NCBI GenBank assembly: GCA_950097015.1 | Contig: CATNEN010000034.1 | Location: forward strand, 2,542,001 to 2,606,000 | Length of the DNA stretch: 64,000 nucleotides | Source: Macrostomum hystrix | Lineage: Eukaryota; Animalia; Platyhelminthes | Direction: 5' to 3' | In this document: piece by piece, positions 35,795-49,000 of the stretch | Numbering within the stretch: position 1 is the first letter of the stretch | Layout: each line of letters opens with the position of its first letter | The notes under the pieces: generated by a model | Told to the model about the DNA's origin: nothing | Database searches by the model: none | Seen by the model: the letters and a program-made list of their open reading frames with translations, nothing else | Position numbers and translations under genes: made by a program

Positions 35795-37530
35795 TTCCAC
35801 TCTCCTCTTCCCATCCCCCACTCTCCTCTTCCCATCCCCCACTCTCCTCTTCCCATCCCCCACTCTCCTCTTCCCATCCCCCACTCTCCTCTTCCCATCT
35901 CCCACTCTCCTCTTCCCATCCCCCACTCTCCTCTTCCCACCCCCACTCTTCTCTTCCCATCCCCCACTCTCCTCTTCCCCTCCCCCACTCTCCACTTCCC
36001 ATCCCCCACTCTCCTCTTCCCATCCCCCACTCTCCTCTTCCCCTCCCCACTCTCCACTTCCCATCCCCCACTCTCCTCTTCCCATCCCCCACTCTCCTCT
36101 TCCCATCTCCCACTCTCCTCTTCCCATCCCCCACTCTCCTCTTCCCCTCCCCCACTCTCCACTTCCCATCCCCCACTCTCCTCTTCCCATCCCCCACTCT
36201 CCTCTTCCTATCCCCCACTCTCCTCTTCCTATCCCCCCTCTCCTCTTCCCATCCCCCACTCTCCTCTTCCTATCCCCCTCTCCTCTTCCTATCCCCCACT
36301 CTCCTCTTCCTATCCCCCCTCTCCTCTTCCTATCCCCCCTCTCCTCTTCCCATCCCCCACTCTCCTCTTCCTACCCCCCCTCCTCTTCCTATCCCCACTC
36401 TCCTCTTCCCATCCCCCACTCTCCTCTTCCTATCCCCCTCTCCTCTTCCTATCCCCCCTCTCCTCTTCCCATCCCCACTCTCCTCTTCCATCTCCCACTC
36501 TTCTCTTCCCATCCGCACTCTCCTCTTCCCATCTCCCACTCTTCTCTTCCCATCCCCACTCTCCTCTTCCCATCCCCCACTCTTCTCTTCCCATCCCCAC
36601 TCTCCTCTTCCCATCCCCCACTCTACTCTTCCCTTCCCCCACTTTCCTCTTCCCATCCCCCACTCTCCTCTTCCTATCCCCCTCTCCTCTTCCTATCCCC
36701 CTCTCCTCTTCCCATCCCCACTCTCCTCTTCCATCTCCCACTCTTCTCTTCCCAACCCCACTCTTCTCTTCCCATCCCCCACTCTCCTCTTCCCCTCCCC
36801 CACTCTCCACTTCCCATCCCCCACTCTCCTCTTCCCATCCCCCACTCTCCTCTTCCCATCTCCCACTCTCCTCTTCCCATCCCCCACTCTCCTCTTCCCA
36901 CCCCCCACTCTCCTCTTCCCATCCCCCACTCTCCTCTTCCCCTCCCCCACTCTCCACTTCCCATCCCCCACTCTTCTCTTCCCATCCCCCACTCTCCTCT
37001 TCCTATCCCCCACTCTCCACTTCCCATCCCCCACTCTCCTCTTCCCATCCCCCACTCTCCTCTTCCCCTCCCCCACTCTCCACTTCCCATCCCCCACTCT
37101 CCTCTTCCCATCCCCCACTCTCCTCTTCCTATCCCCCACTCTCCTCTTCCTATCCCCCCTCTCCTCTTCCTATCCCCCTCTCCTCTTCCCATCCCCCACT
37201 CTCCTCTTCCTACCCCCTCCTCTTCCTATCCCCACTCTCCTCTTCCCATCCCCCACTCTCCTCTTCCTATCCCCCTCTCCTCTTCCTATCCCCCCTCTCC
37301 TCTTCCCATCCCCACTCTCCTCTTCCATCTCCCACTCTTCTCTTCCCATCCGCACTCTCCTCTTCCCATCTCCCACTCTTCTCTTCCCATCCCCACTCTC
37401 CTCTTCCCATCCCCCACTCTTCTCTTCCCATCCCCACTCTCCTCTTCCCATCCCCCACTCTACTCTTCCCTTCCCCCACTTTCCTCTTCCCATCCCCCAC
37501 TCTCCTTTTCATATCTCCCACTCTCCTCTT
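35795..37530. repeat. 21-bp polypyrimidine/polypurine minisatellite (CTCTCCTCTTCCCATCCCCCA)
   Basis: About 1.7 kb with almost no G on the + strand. Confidence 0.95.
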
Positions 37531-38044
37531 CCCGTCTTTTGATACACACTTACAGGCTATTTTGAACAATGATAGCGAAAAACACAAGAATACTACAGAA
37601 ATTAAAGTAATTTATCTATTTCGCAAGCCAAACATTATTCATTAGTTTTACAGAACACTTCACTGTCACAGCAGAAGTCGGAATTATCTTCTATGAAATG
37701 TTTTTTACACTGCTTGTCGAATGGCTTGAGTGCACAAGCAGTGAGAATACTCATTGCTTGAGAGAATTTTTGAGAGAATCTTGAGAGAGCAGTGAGAATT
37801 TTGTAACTTAAAAATTAAGTTACAGGTAGTTAGTAGCAGGTAGGTAGGCAGGGGATAAAAATCAATCAAAGTAATTAAAGACAGCCACAGCGAGTCTCAA
37901 ATAAGCAAGCAAAAATAGAGAACAAAACAAGATCTCAACTATCGAGATTGTTCGTATAGAAAACTTTTCAATTTGCAAGAGAATAATGTGATCAGTCACA
38001 CTTCATAATCATGCTAACTAACCCGGCGAGGCATGCTGAGAAAT

Positions 38045-38185
38045 GGGCTGTCGAGCAATTTACGCCCTTGAGGGCTACCTCCAAATCACGGACAGAGTCA
38101 GGGGTCAGCGAAATGGGCAGAATTGCCTCCTCACTGGCTGCGGGTCTAGTGTCACCAAATGATGTGCCATTGCCTGCAGCTCTCT
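38045..38185 (+). mobile_element. SINE-like repeat, copy D (internally deleted, headless)
   Basis: CAATTTACGCCCTTGAG...GTCAGCGAAATGGGCAGAATTGCCTCCTCACTGGCTGCGGGTCTAGTGTCA is nearly identical to 40370-40570. Confidence 0.7.
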
Positions 38186-38672
38186 TGTAATAAAAAAGAA
38201 ATATTTTTAATGCTGCAGGTGCCAACAGACAGCTTATCGGCGGATGCAAAAAGCTTCAAGGAGGATTCAAGCAGCACCAGCTCTCTCCGACTCCCAGTCC
38301 AAATGGCTCCCGACATCAGACAAGGTGCACCCTGATTGGTGCAACTCCACGATGTTGGTCTGGGCAGGAGCTCAGGTTAGGATGGTTGAGAAAGATTCAA
38401 TTAAGAGCAAATGTTTTGTCTGACAAGAGTTTGAAGGACATAATAGCACTCATTTGGAGGAAAGTAATTTTAGCTTTTCAAGGTAAACATTAACCCTTTC
38501 TAACAGGTAATTTGTTTTAAAAAACTGTTCTTTATTAGTCTAAATTTGATCACTTGCCAGTGTGAGATCCCAGCGTGAAAATTATACAAAAAACCTGATT
38601 TAAATACAAAAGTTTTGTCTAAAACATAAGCAAAGCAATCAGTGCCATCGTCGATCAGTTTCACTCTAATTT

Positions 38673-41306
38673 TCACTCGCTAAGCCTAGGAGAGGAGATG
38701 CCCCTGTCCTCATGGTTGTAGTCCAAAGCTGAGTGCGGCTCCGCCAACGCGGCTGTCGCGCCTGTCGCATTGTTTGCACCTGCATTGTCATCGCGAGGTG
38801 AATCGCCAAAGTCGGGGCCCATGCGCTGCTCCCAGAACTCGCTGACGCTACGCCGAGCGTCTCGGTTCGTCTCTCGCCATTCGCGCTGCCACTGGCGCAG
38901 CTCCTGCACCTCGGGGTCGCGCCGGACCTACGTTGAGATTAAGATGGGTTGAGAACTCAGCGCGGAAGGGGCTGCTTTACGAAGCAAGAATGGATAAGAG
39001 TGAGACTCTGTGAGTGGGGATCAGACAGCCGCTTCGGGATCAATGAGTGGAATCAAAGTGATGCTGTGGGATCAGTGAGTGGGGATCAGAGAGTGAGGAT
39101 CAGACAGCCATTGCGGGATCAGTGAGTGGGGATCAGAGAGTGAGGATCAGACAGCCGTTGCGGGATCAGTGAGTGGGGATCAGAGAGTGAGGAACAGACA
39201 GCCGTTGCGGGATCAGTGAGTGGGATCACACAGCCGTTGCGGGATCAGTGAGTGGGGATCAGAGAGTGAGGATCAGACAGCCGTTGCGGGATCAGTGAGT
39301 GGGATCACACAGCCGTTGCGGGATCAGTGAGTGGGGATCAGAGAGTGAGGATCAGACAGCCGTTGCGGGATCAGTGAGTGGGATCAGACAGCCGTTGCGG
39401 GATCACACAGCCGTTGCGGGATCAGTGAGTGGGATCACACAGCCGTTGCGGGATCAGTGAGTGGGATCACACAGCCGTTGCGGGATCAGTGAGTGCATGG
39501 AGATCAGAGAGTGGGGATCAGTGAGTGGGATCACACAGCCGTTGCGGGATCAGTGAGTGGGATCACACAGCCGTTGCGGGATCAGTGAGTGGGATCACAC
39601 AGCCGTTGCGGGATCAGTGAGTGGGATCACACAGCCGTTGCGGGATCAGTGAGTGGGATCACACAGCCGTTGCGGGATCAGTGAGTGGGATCACACAGCC
39701 GTTGCGGGATCAGTGAGTGGGATCACACAGCCGTTGCGGGATCAGTGAGTGGAGATCAGAGAGTGGGGGATCAGAGAGTGGGGATCACACAGCCGTTGCG
39801 GGATCAGTGAGTGGAGATCAGACAGCCGTTGCGCGATCAGTGAGAGGGATCAAAGTGATCCTGTGGGATCAGGAATTTAGGATCAGATTGTTGTTGTTAG
39901 ATCAGTGAGTAATTCCAGCTGCTATGACTGCTTCTCAGTTCAGAAGGTTTCGGATAAAGCAGTGCTCAGAGTTGCAAGCAGGAACTGACCAAGAAGCCAC
40001 GCCAGTAGTTCTGAATGATCTGCACCGCCTGCTCATCGTTGAGCAGCACGGACAGCGGCAGGGGCTGGCGCGGGTTCTTGGTCCACTCGTCCCGCACGAA
40101 TGGTATTTCGGCCAGCTGGGTGCCCTGCCGCTCCGGGTGCGCTGGGTTGTTGGCGTACAGGTACTCAGTGAGGAAGTCGCAGGCGTTGAACTTAGTCCGC
40201 TTGCGCTGAAATCAAACATTTGGTCCGTAGCAATTTTGTTTTGCTAAAATAGATTTCCGAAATCGAAAACGAAGACACAAATTCGCACCAAGGTCCCTGA
40301 GCTCGATTCCGAGGCGAGGCCACTTTCAATTGGGGCGCAGCCACGGAGAGAAGGCTTGGGGGCTTGTCGTTCAATTTACGCCCTTGAGCGCAAAACCCCC
40401 AAGGCAAAGTGGAAGTGTACACTGCCTGACGATGAGAAAGTCAGAGCAGATGTACACGCCTCTGTGTGTGCCTGCGTACGGTATGTGGGGTGCGTGTGTC
40501 CTCAGGAGTCAGCGAAATGGGCAGAATTGCCTCCTCACTGGCTTCGGGTCTAGTGTCAGCAAAGGATGTGCCAATGCTCGCGGCCACCCTACAATTATAA
40601 TATAATATATATAAAATCGGTCTACTAAAATGACTCAACTAAAACTAAAATAATTTGTTAGTGTCCTTGTCTTCCAATAAAAATAATTTTAGTTGTCTCC
40701 AAGAGCTGAATACTGGTTAGGTTTAAGGAAATATTAACACTAATTATACGCCCATTAGAAACAAAAAAGCTGATTTATGTTTAGAAACAAAAGACTCACA
40801 TCGAAGCAGCGCTCTTCCCCCGCCATCTGGAGCATGGCCTCCATTGCGGGCAGCAGAGTTGGGAATACATAATGCTCCAGGTATTCTCTTGGCGAGCATT
40901 TTTTCTTGTCAGGCGGCGGGCACGCCTGCTGCTCCCGCGGCAGTGCCGGTTGCTCCGGCCGGTCCAGCAGGGCATAGCCGAACGTCGCCGGATGCGAGAC
41001 GGCCGGATCGAAGTCCAGAGCGCCATCGGTGCAGGGCAGCTGGTGGTGCAGCTTGCCGTAAAACACCGGCGTGTGCTTGCTTGGATCGTAGTCGGACTTG
41101 GCCGTGGAAACGGACTGGGTGTCCTCTTCGGGAAACGGAGGACGCATTGATTTCGCCTCTAGAAATTTTATATTTAATGAGAATTCGTTCTGAGGCTAAG
41201 TAAATGGTAAAGTTTATTTCTCTTTCGTGAAAAATTATGACAGCCAATCACCTTTGCATATTTCTTCCCAGATATTTTTTGGCTGCACATGCGTAATTAG
41301 AGCCAT
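38673..41306 (-). CDS. IQCK: IQ domain-containing protein K (~294 aa)
   Basis: Minus-strand exons 41306-41252, 41158-40800, 40205-39990, 38927-38673 total 885 nt, in frame. Matches IQCK hallmarks: KNIWEEICKE, PPFPE, CSPREYLEHYVFPTLLP..EERCFD|RKRTKFNACDFLTEYLY..NP..IPFV..PRQPLPLS, the IQ motif IQNYWRGFLVR and DPEVQELRQWQ. Confidence 0.93.
39010..39845. repeat. ~32-bp minisatellite (GGGATCAGTGAGTGGGATCACACAGCCGTTGC) in IQCK intron 3
   Basis: Tandem units with longer variants at the left end. Confidence 0.95.
40285..40590 (+). mobile_element. tRNA-headed SINE-like repeat, copy B (longest) in IQCK intron 2
   Basis: GGTCCCTGAGCTCGATTCC (tRNA T-arm-like) followed by the body shared with copies A, C and D. 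Confidence 0.72.
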
Positions 41307-42730
41307 CTCTTCTGAGCGCTGAAAAGAACGAAACATTTTTACCAAGTATACCATTTAACGAAAATATGTTATAAACAGTTTGAAGACTTAGAAGACAGAA
41401 ATCACTAAATCAAGCGCCTCAAAGGCAAGCAAATTTGCTCAAGGTTTAGTAGAGAAAAACTCTTATTTATAATTTCTAAATAAATTATACATGCACAACT
41501 GCATTGACATTTTTGTCACAAAATCGATCTTACTAAGTATATGGTTTTTAAAACAATATAAAAAAATAGAAATGGAAACTTTCATTTCATAAAAAAACGA
41601 AAATCATGTGTCTTAATTGATTTGCCTAACGAAAATAAACATTTATACAGCTATATTATAATTTATTTTTGACTGCATAAAAAGTTCAGGTGTAGAAACT
41701 TTTATATATCGACGTTTGACGTCAGGTAAAACTTGTGCATTACAGGCAATACAATGGGACCGAAAAAACTTGCATTAGTATGATAGTAAATAATAACCAT
41801 CTACGGGTTTTGACTTTCGTGTAAACGTTAAGTGTGCCTTATTCCATAACTAAAATGATTACTTATAAAATAAGTTAAATCTCCTTGGACAAACCAAAAC
41901 CCTGGTTCACTAAGTCTAAAAGAAGCAAAACAGAAAAAAAGTAAAAAATTGTACGATTAGCGCGTTTTCCTTTAAAAATTTGTCTATTAACAAAACGACA
42001 AATTCCCATTTGTTGTAACATACTAAACAGCTGTTTAAATTCAAAATTAGAAGTATCATGTTTTTTCTCTCATTGTTTCAAAAACAAAGTGCAGGAAAAA
42101 TCCGAATGAGGGAGAATATCGGTAGGAAAACATGCATATAACTTGATTTTAAACGAAAAAATGGACTGCAGCAATTATTAAAAACACAAGTAATTGTATT
42201 AGTACACTTTATAGTATTTTTAAACAAAGTACAGAAAATGTGCATCTTTTAAATGCGCAGCTATAGAGTCAAGTAGACGAGTTAAGGTAGACTAGATGTT
42301 TAGAGAATTAGGATTCACAAAATAATTATCCCGATAGTAATGCATTTATAAATCTTGAGTTACCCTTAAATGAAATAAAAAACGAAAAGTGACGTTTTTA
42401 TAACGTCATTCGACCTTCTCTCAATTTGATTAGGCCCTAAAATTTGACTAGGCCTAGTCTATTCTAGAGAGATTTAAATTTATTAAAAATGGGATGAAAT
42501 CTGGATTCTAATGAATCCAAGGCTATACAAATAGTAAATAATAGTGCATTAAGCCAACTTATGTACTCTAAAATAGTTTTTGTTAGGGCTTAGGCTAGTA
42601 GTTTATGCCTTTATTTACATTTTTCCATATCAGTACCAACAGTAGGCCTATAATAAGATTGAATTCAAGTTCTTGTAAATTTCAGATAATATTTTGTAAC
42701 TGAAATTTTAAAGTTCAAATTTCAAAAATT

Positions 42731-43085
42731 TCAAAAACATATTGAGTTGGCGGCTTGCACTCCCTATGGCTAACTGGCTATTCAAATTTGGTTTCTGAGC
42801 CTTAATATACATAACCTCTTGAATGTTCAATTTGTTTTTGGTTACAAGAATAGATCACTTTAAACATATTACAACACTTCTTATAGCAGTAGGAGTTGCA
42901 TGTGAGAATGTGCTCATTGATGGTAGAATTTCTAATCCAATGCTCCTTAATCCTTGTGTACAAGTTTCGCTTAGTTTTATCAATGTTGTAGATATTTTAA
43001 ACTGTAGAACAATGAAATTTATACACAGCACCTACAACAAGTGGTCTAGGAACATGGGACTTCAACCTGCAGACAAACTGAGCAA
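42731..43085 (-). mobile_element. Decayed Penelope-like element fragment (GIY-YIG endonuclease C-terminus)
   Basis: Minus-strand translation RLKSHVPRPLVVGAVYKFHCSTV*NIYNIDKTKRNLYTRIKEHWIRNSTINEHILTCNS..., then after a frameshift LNIQEVMYIKAQKPNLNSQL..RQLNMF*. It aligns with the element at 45960-46140. Confidence 0.8.
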
Positions 43086-45364
43086 TATTTTCCATACTGC
43101 TTTATACTATTTAAATTTATATAGATTAGTTATAATCCCAATATCGTGTCAACACAAGCCATATCAGGCTTGTAATCTCATAAAGGACTATTTGCCAGAG
43201 GGCATTGACATATTATTTGGTGACTCCATAGTTCAGATCATGTAGTAAACTCCAGAATTTTCTAGTGTGTATTAACTTTAGGCTGGTGGTATATACTTTA
43301 AAGGGTTGGTGTGCACCTTGGCATGCATGGTATATATTTGTACATTAAAAAGATATATAAAATATGCTGACTTGTTTATTTGTATTATCAATATCTAATC
43401 TGAATCCTGGCTATAATAAGATAGCAGTAACAGTGTAGAAACTGTAAGAACATACTTTTAAGTACTATATTGATCAAGCAGTTGTTATGTGCTATATATT
43501 ATAATAGAGCATAATATAATATTGTTTTTAGTTAAATACAGCATGGTTAAAACAACTTTGTTATTTTAATTAAAAAAAGATGTCACATTTTTTAAATATT
43601 ACAATTATTATTACAAAACCTGATATGCATGTTTCTGTGCACTAGGCCTACACTAGAATGCAATGAAAAATATCAGTCTAATCTTAACATCTGTTGCAGG
43701 GCTTTCCTCTTATTCAATATTAATCCCACCGCTGTTGACTCAACTAATAGATAATTTTTAAATGGCAATCCTTAAATGGGCCGTTTTAACTTCTCAAATG
43801 GTAGCGTTTATATATGCACGAGCGGTAACTAGGCAACTGTACACGTTTCCAGTCAATTAGGCGTCCCCGAGATTAGAGTTTAGCAGTTTCTCTTCTGTAA
43901 TATTCTTAGTATAATTCCTGAGTATAATTCTGATTATATCTCTCACTGCTATTTCTTCTTAAAATGAATAACACAATGCAATACCTTTGGAAATTTGCTT
44001 TTTAACACACTTAAAAACTCTTTTTACAAACACACTAAAACTCCTTCAATTTCAACTCTTTACACACTTCAAATTATCTCACTTTAAACTCACTCTTTAA
44101 ACTCTTGAAAACACCTTAGAACACTTGTCTTTAACTTCAACTTCTTACAAGAAAACTTCAGACTCTTTAACACTCTGGTTTGTTTGTCCCAACCTTTTAT
44201 TTTTCCTGGTCAAAACTCGCGGCTATTTATACAGAGCAAATTGACATTTTGTTAAAACGATACAAAGTATTATTTACAGGATGCAGTATTAAAACAAAAT
44301 TATTTACATAAGATAAACAAAAATTATTTTTTTTGGCGCATTTTTGATTTTATTTATTTTTACAATTTTTATAATAGAAAGAACGTATTTATAAAGTGGC
44401 TAACTGTGACACATCTAAATCAAATTTTACCCATTTTTTGGCATGCAATCAACATATCTGGACTATGGTGGTGACTCAAGCAAACAAGGACTAGCCAATT
44501 GTGTCTATTCTTCTGACTCCAGAAAACAAGCATATGCACATATACCATATATATGTACACTCACACACATAAGAGTGTATTGGTCCATTGGATCTTCTCA
44601 CTGTTAATGTTTGGCAACATTCACTTTCACTATGCCTTGAATGTTTGCCCTTATGGGCATTAGTTGCACAACAAGCCTCCAAGCTTTCTCTTATCAGCTG
44701 TCCCAAATAAATGTGGCTTGCCGTGGAATCAAGCTAAAAACATCCTTACCTTAGAGTGAATGGCAAATACTTTAGATTGTTCTGCAATAAAACTTGGACT
44801 AACAGGTCAAGGTCTCTGTCAAGACTAGCTAAGCGGTTGCCAGAAAAATCAGGTTTGATGTGTATAATTATATGTATTATATTTTTGTCTTAGGGTTGTT
44901 TTAAATATATTTATACTAATATATATATATATTATTTTCATATTTTAAGAGCTGCATAGAAATGTTGTTTGTGGAACTGCTTGTTAATTAATCAGTCAAA
45001 GTTTGTTATTCAATTTGCCAGTTTAGTAGCTAGAAAGATAAAGTTGTATTGTGTCTTATTCAGCAGTCATCATATTGTCCTATTGTAACATCCCCTCATG
45101 TCACAGTTTGAAGCCCCATCATATTGTATTGAGCTGTTGGACACCGACATCTTACTTTAATATTTATATTTGTGTTAGGAAATTATAGGCTTGGAAATTA
45201 TGATATTTTCTCAATAGATAGACAGGTATCTAGTTATAAATTACATCTGTGGACTAGCAAGGCTGTCACATGTACTTAAGTTTCTATCCAGGCTATGCTG
45301 GTGCTCATATTACAGATAGGTTAACTGAAATTCAAACACTAAGGAATTAATTGACTTGCTCAAT

Positions 45365-45432
45365 GATGCAAAGATTCGAACTTTCGACCCATCAGACAGA
45401 AGTATGAAGCATTAACCCACTGAGCTACAAGC
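45365..45432 (-). pseudogene. Degenerate tRNA-like sequence (tRNA pseudogene or SINE head)
   Basis: The reverse complement GCTTGTAGCTCAGTGGGTTAATGCTTCATACTTCTGTCTGATGGGTCGAAAGTTCGAATC has an A box (TAGCTCAGTGG) and a B box (GTTCGAATC), but its stems are broken. Confidence 0.6.
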
Positions 45433-46066
45433 ATTATTGTTTACATTTAACGACGCGTTTCGCACAACAGTGTGCATCTGTTCACTACTGAGGTTGCTTT
45501 TGACCAGAGGCTCCCGTTCCTTGACCTCGACATTGTTTCAATTGCGGAACCCTCTCCACCAAAGTTTTTTGGAAAAGCTCGTTTACCAATCTCATCCTCA
45601 ACTTAAATGCTTTGTGCCCAAGGCAGTGGAAATCCGGTCTCATCAGATGTCTGCTCCACAGAGCTTTCACTGTCTGCAACACCTGGACTAACTTTGACCA
45701 AGAAGTGAATTTTCTGACCAAAATGGTTACCCTCGTGCATTTATCCACACTCACATTCACAAATTCGTCTCTGAGAAAATTGTCAACAGCCTAGCGCTAA
45801 AACCAATCCCTTCAATCTCAACGAACCAATTCTTGTCCTCCCTTTCTTTGGCTATCTTTCTTAATTCTTCAAAAATAGAATCTGCAAATTATTTCGCAAC
45901 TCTCTTAATTGCAACATCCCCGTCATCTTTCATTCTGCTAAAGTTGGCAACTTTGTTGGTCGGTTGAAGTCACGTGTTCCCTGTGCTCTTCGTGCTGGTG
46001 TGGTTTATCAATTCAACTGCTCTGATGACCAGAGCGTCTCCTACTTGGGGAAGACTAAAAGGCACC

Positions 46067-49000
46067 TGCACACTAGAATCAGGGAGCACTGGCAGAAACT
46101 GTTGGCTATTCAAAACCATCTCTTAGAATGCAACAGTGCACACTAGAATCAGGGAGCACTGGCAGAAACTGTTGGCTATTCAAAACCATCTCTTAGAATG
46201 CAACAGTGCACACTAGAATCAGGGAGCACTGGCTGAAACTGTTGGCTATTCAAAACCATCTCTTAGAATGCAACAGTGCACACTAGAATCAGGGAGCACT
46301 GGCTGAAACCGTCGGCTATTCAAAACCATCTCTTAGAATGCAACAGTGCACACTAGAATCAGGGAGCACTGGCTGAAACTGTTGGCTATTCAAAACCATC
46401 TCTTAGAATGCAACAGTGCACACTAGAATCAGGGAGCACTGGCAGAAACTGTTGGCTATTCAAAACCATCTCTTAGAATGCAACAGTGCACACTAGAATC
46501 AGGGAGCACTGGCTGAAACCGTCGGCTATTCAAAACCATCTCTTAGAATGCAACAGTGCACACTAGAATCAGGGAGCACTGGCTGAAACCGTCGGCTATT
46601 CAAAACCATCTCTTAGAATGCAACAGTGCACACTAGAATCAGGGAGCACTGGCTGAAACCGTCGGCTATTCAAAACCATCTCTTAGAATGCAACAGTGCA
46701 CACTAGAATCAGGGAGCACTGGCTGAAACTGTCGGCTATTCAAAACCATCTCTTAGAATGCAACAGTGCACACTAGAATCAGGGAGCACTGGCTGAAACC
46801 GTCGGCTATTCAAAACCATCTCTTAGAATGCAACAGTGCACACTAGAATCAGGGAGCACTGGCTGAAACCGTCGGCTATTCAAAACCATCTCTTAGAATG
46901 CAACAGTGCACACTATAATCAGGGAGCACTGGCTGAAACCGTCGGCTATTCAAAACCATCTCTTAGAATGCAACAGTGCACACTAGAATCAGGGAGCACT
47001 GGCTGAAACCGTCGGCTATTCAAAACCATCTCTTAGAATGCAACAGTGCACACTAGAATCAGGGAGCACTGGCTGAAACCGTCGGCTATTCAAAACCATC
47101 TCTTAGAATGCAATAGTGCACACTAGAATCAGGGAGCACTGGCTGAAACCGTCGGCTATTCAAAACCATCTCTTAGAATGCAATAGTGCACACTAGAATC
47201 AGGGAGCACTGGCTGAAACCGTCGGCTATTCAAAACCATCTCTTAGAATGCAACAGTGCACACTAGAATCAGGGAGCACTGGCTAAAACCGTCGGCTATT
47301 CAAAACCATCTCTTAGAATGCAACAGTGCACACTAGAATCAGGGAGCACTGGCTGAAACCGTCGGCTATTCAAAACCATCTCTTAGAATGCAACAGTGCA
47401 CACTAGAATCAGGGAGCACTGGCTGAAACCGTCGGCTATTCAAAACCATCTCTTAGAATGCAACAGTGCACACTAGAATCAGGGAGCACTGGCTGAAACC
47501 GTCGGCTATTCAAAACCATCTCTTAGAATGCAATAGTGCACACTAGAATCAGGGAGCACTGGCTAAAACCGTCGGCTATTCAAAACCATCTCTTAGAATG
47601 CAACAGTGCACACTAGAATCAGGGAGCACTGGCTGAAACCGTCGGCTATTCAAAACCATCTCTTAGAATGCAACAGTGCACACTAGAATCAGGGAGCACT
47701 GGCTGAAACCGTCGGCTATTCAAAACCATCTCTTAGAATGCAACAGTGCACACTAGAATCAGGGAGCACTGGCTGAAACTGTTGGCTATTCAAAACCATC
47801 TCTTAGAATGCAACAGTGCACACTAGAATCAGGGAGGCGGAGCACTGGCTGAAACCGTCGGCTATTCAAAACCATCTCTTAGAATGCAACAGTGCACACT
47901 AGAATCAGGGAGCACTGGCTGAAACTGTCGGCTATTCAAAACCATCTCTTAGAATGCAACAGTGCACACTAGAATCAGGGAGCACTGGCTGAAACTGTCG
48001 GCTATTCAAAACCATCTCTTAGAATGCAACAGTGCACACTAGAATCAGGGAGCACTGGCTGAAACTGTCGGCTATTCAAAACCATCTCTTAGAATGCAAC
48101 AGTGCACACTAGAATCAGGGAGCACTGGCAGAAACTGTCGGCTATTCAAAACCATCTCTTAGAATGCAACAGTGCACACTAGAATCAGGGAGCACTGGCT
48201 GAAACCGTCGGCTATTCAAAACCATCTCTTAGAATGCAACAGTGCACACTAGAATCAGGGAGCACTGGCTGAAACCGTCGGCTATTCAAAACCATCTCTT
48301 AGAATGCAACAGTGCACACTAGAATCAGGGAGCACTGGCTGAAACCGTCGGCTATTCAAAACCATCTCTTAGAATGCAACAGTGCACACTAGAATCAGGG
48401 AGCACTGGCTGAAACCGTCGGCTATTCAAAACCATCTCTTAGAATGCAACAGTGCACACTAGAATCAGGGAGCACTGGCTGAAACCGTCGGCTATTCAAA
48501 ACCATCTCTTAGAATGCAACAGTGCACACTAGAATCAGGGAGCACTGGCTGAAACCGTCGGCTATTCAAAACCATCTCTTAGAATGCAACAGTGCACACT
48601 AGAATCAGGGAGCACTGGCTGAAACCGTCGGCTATTCAAAACCATCTCTTAGAATGCAACAGTGCACACTAGAATCAGGGAGCACTGGCTGAAACCGTCG
48701 GCTATTCAAAACCATCTCTTAGAATGCAATAGTGCACACTAGAATCAGGGAGCACTGGCTGAAACCGTCGGCTATTCAAAACCATCTCTTAGAATGCAAC
48801 AGTGCACACTAGAATCAGGGAGCACTGGCTGAAACCGTCGGCTATTCAAAACCATCTCTTAGAATGCAATAGTGCACACTAGAATCAGGGAGCACTGGCT
48901 AAAACCGTCGGCTATTCAAAACCATCTCTTAGAATGCAACAGTGCACACTAGAATCAGGGAGCACTGGCTGAAACCGTCGGCTATTCAAAACCATCTCTT

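Noticed and set aside
35723-37587. Many Gly/Arg/Glu/Trp-rich minus-strand ORFs
   Set aside because: Artefacts of the 21-bp purine-rich repeat.
42823-43245. 140-aa plus-strand ORF
   Set aside because: It is the antisense shadow of the minus-strand Penelope-like GIY-YIG fragment.
44000-44240. Possible solo LTR (TATAAATAG on the minus strand)
   Set aside because: No TG...CA termini, TSD, PBS or second copy could be identified.
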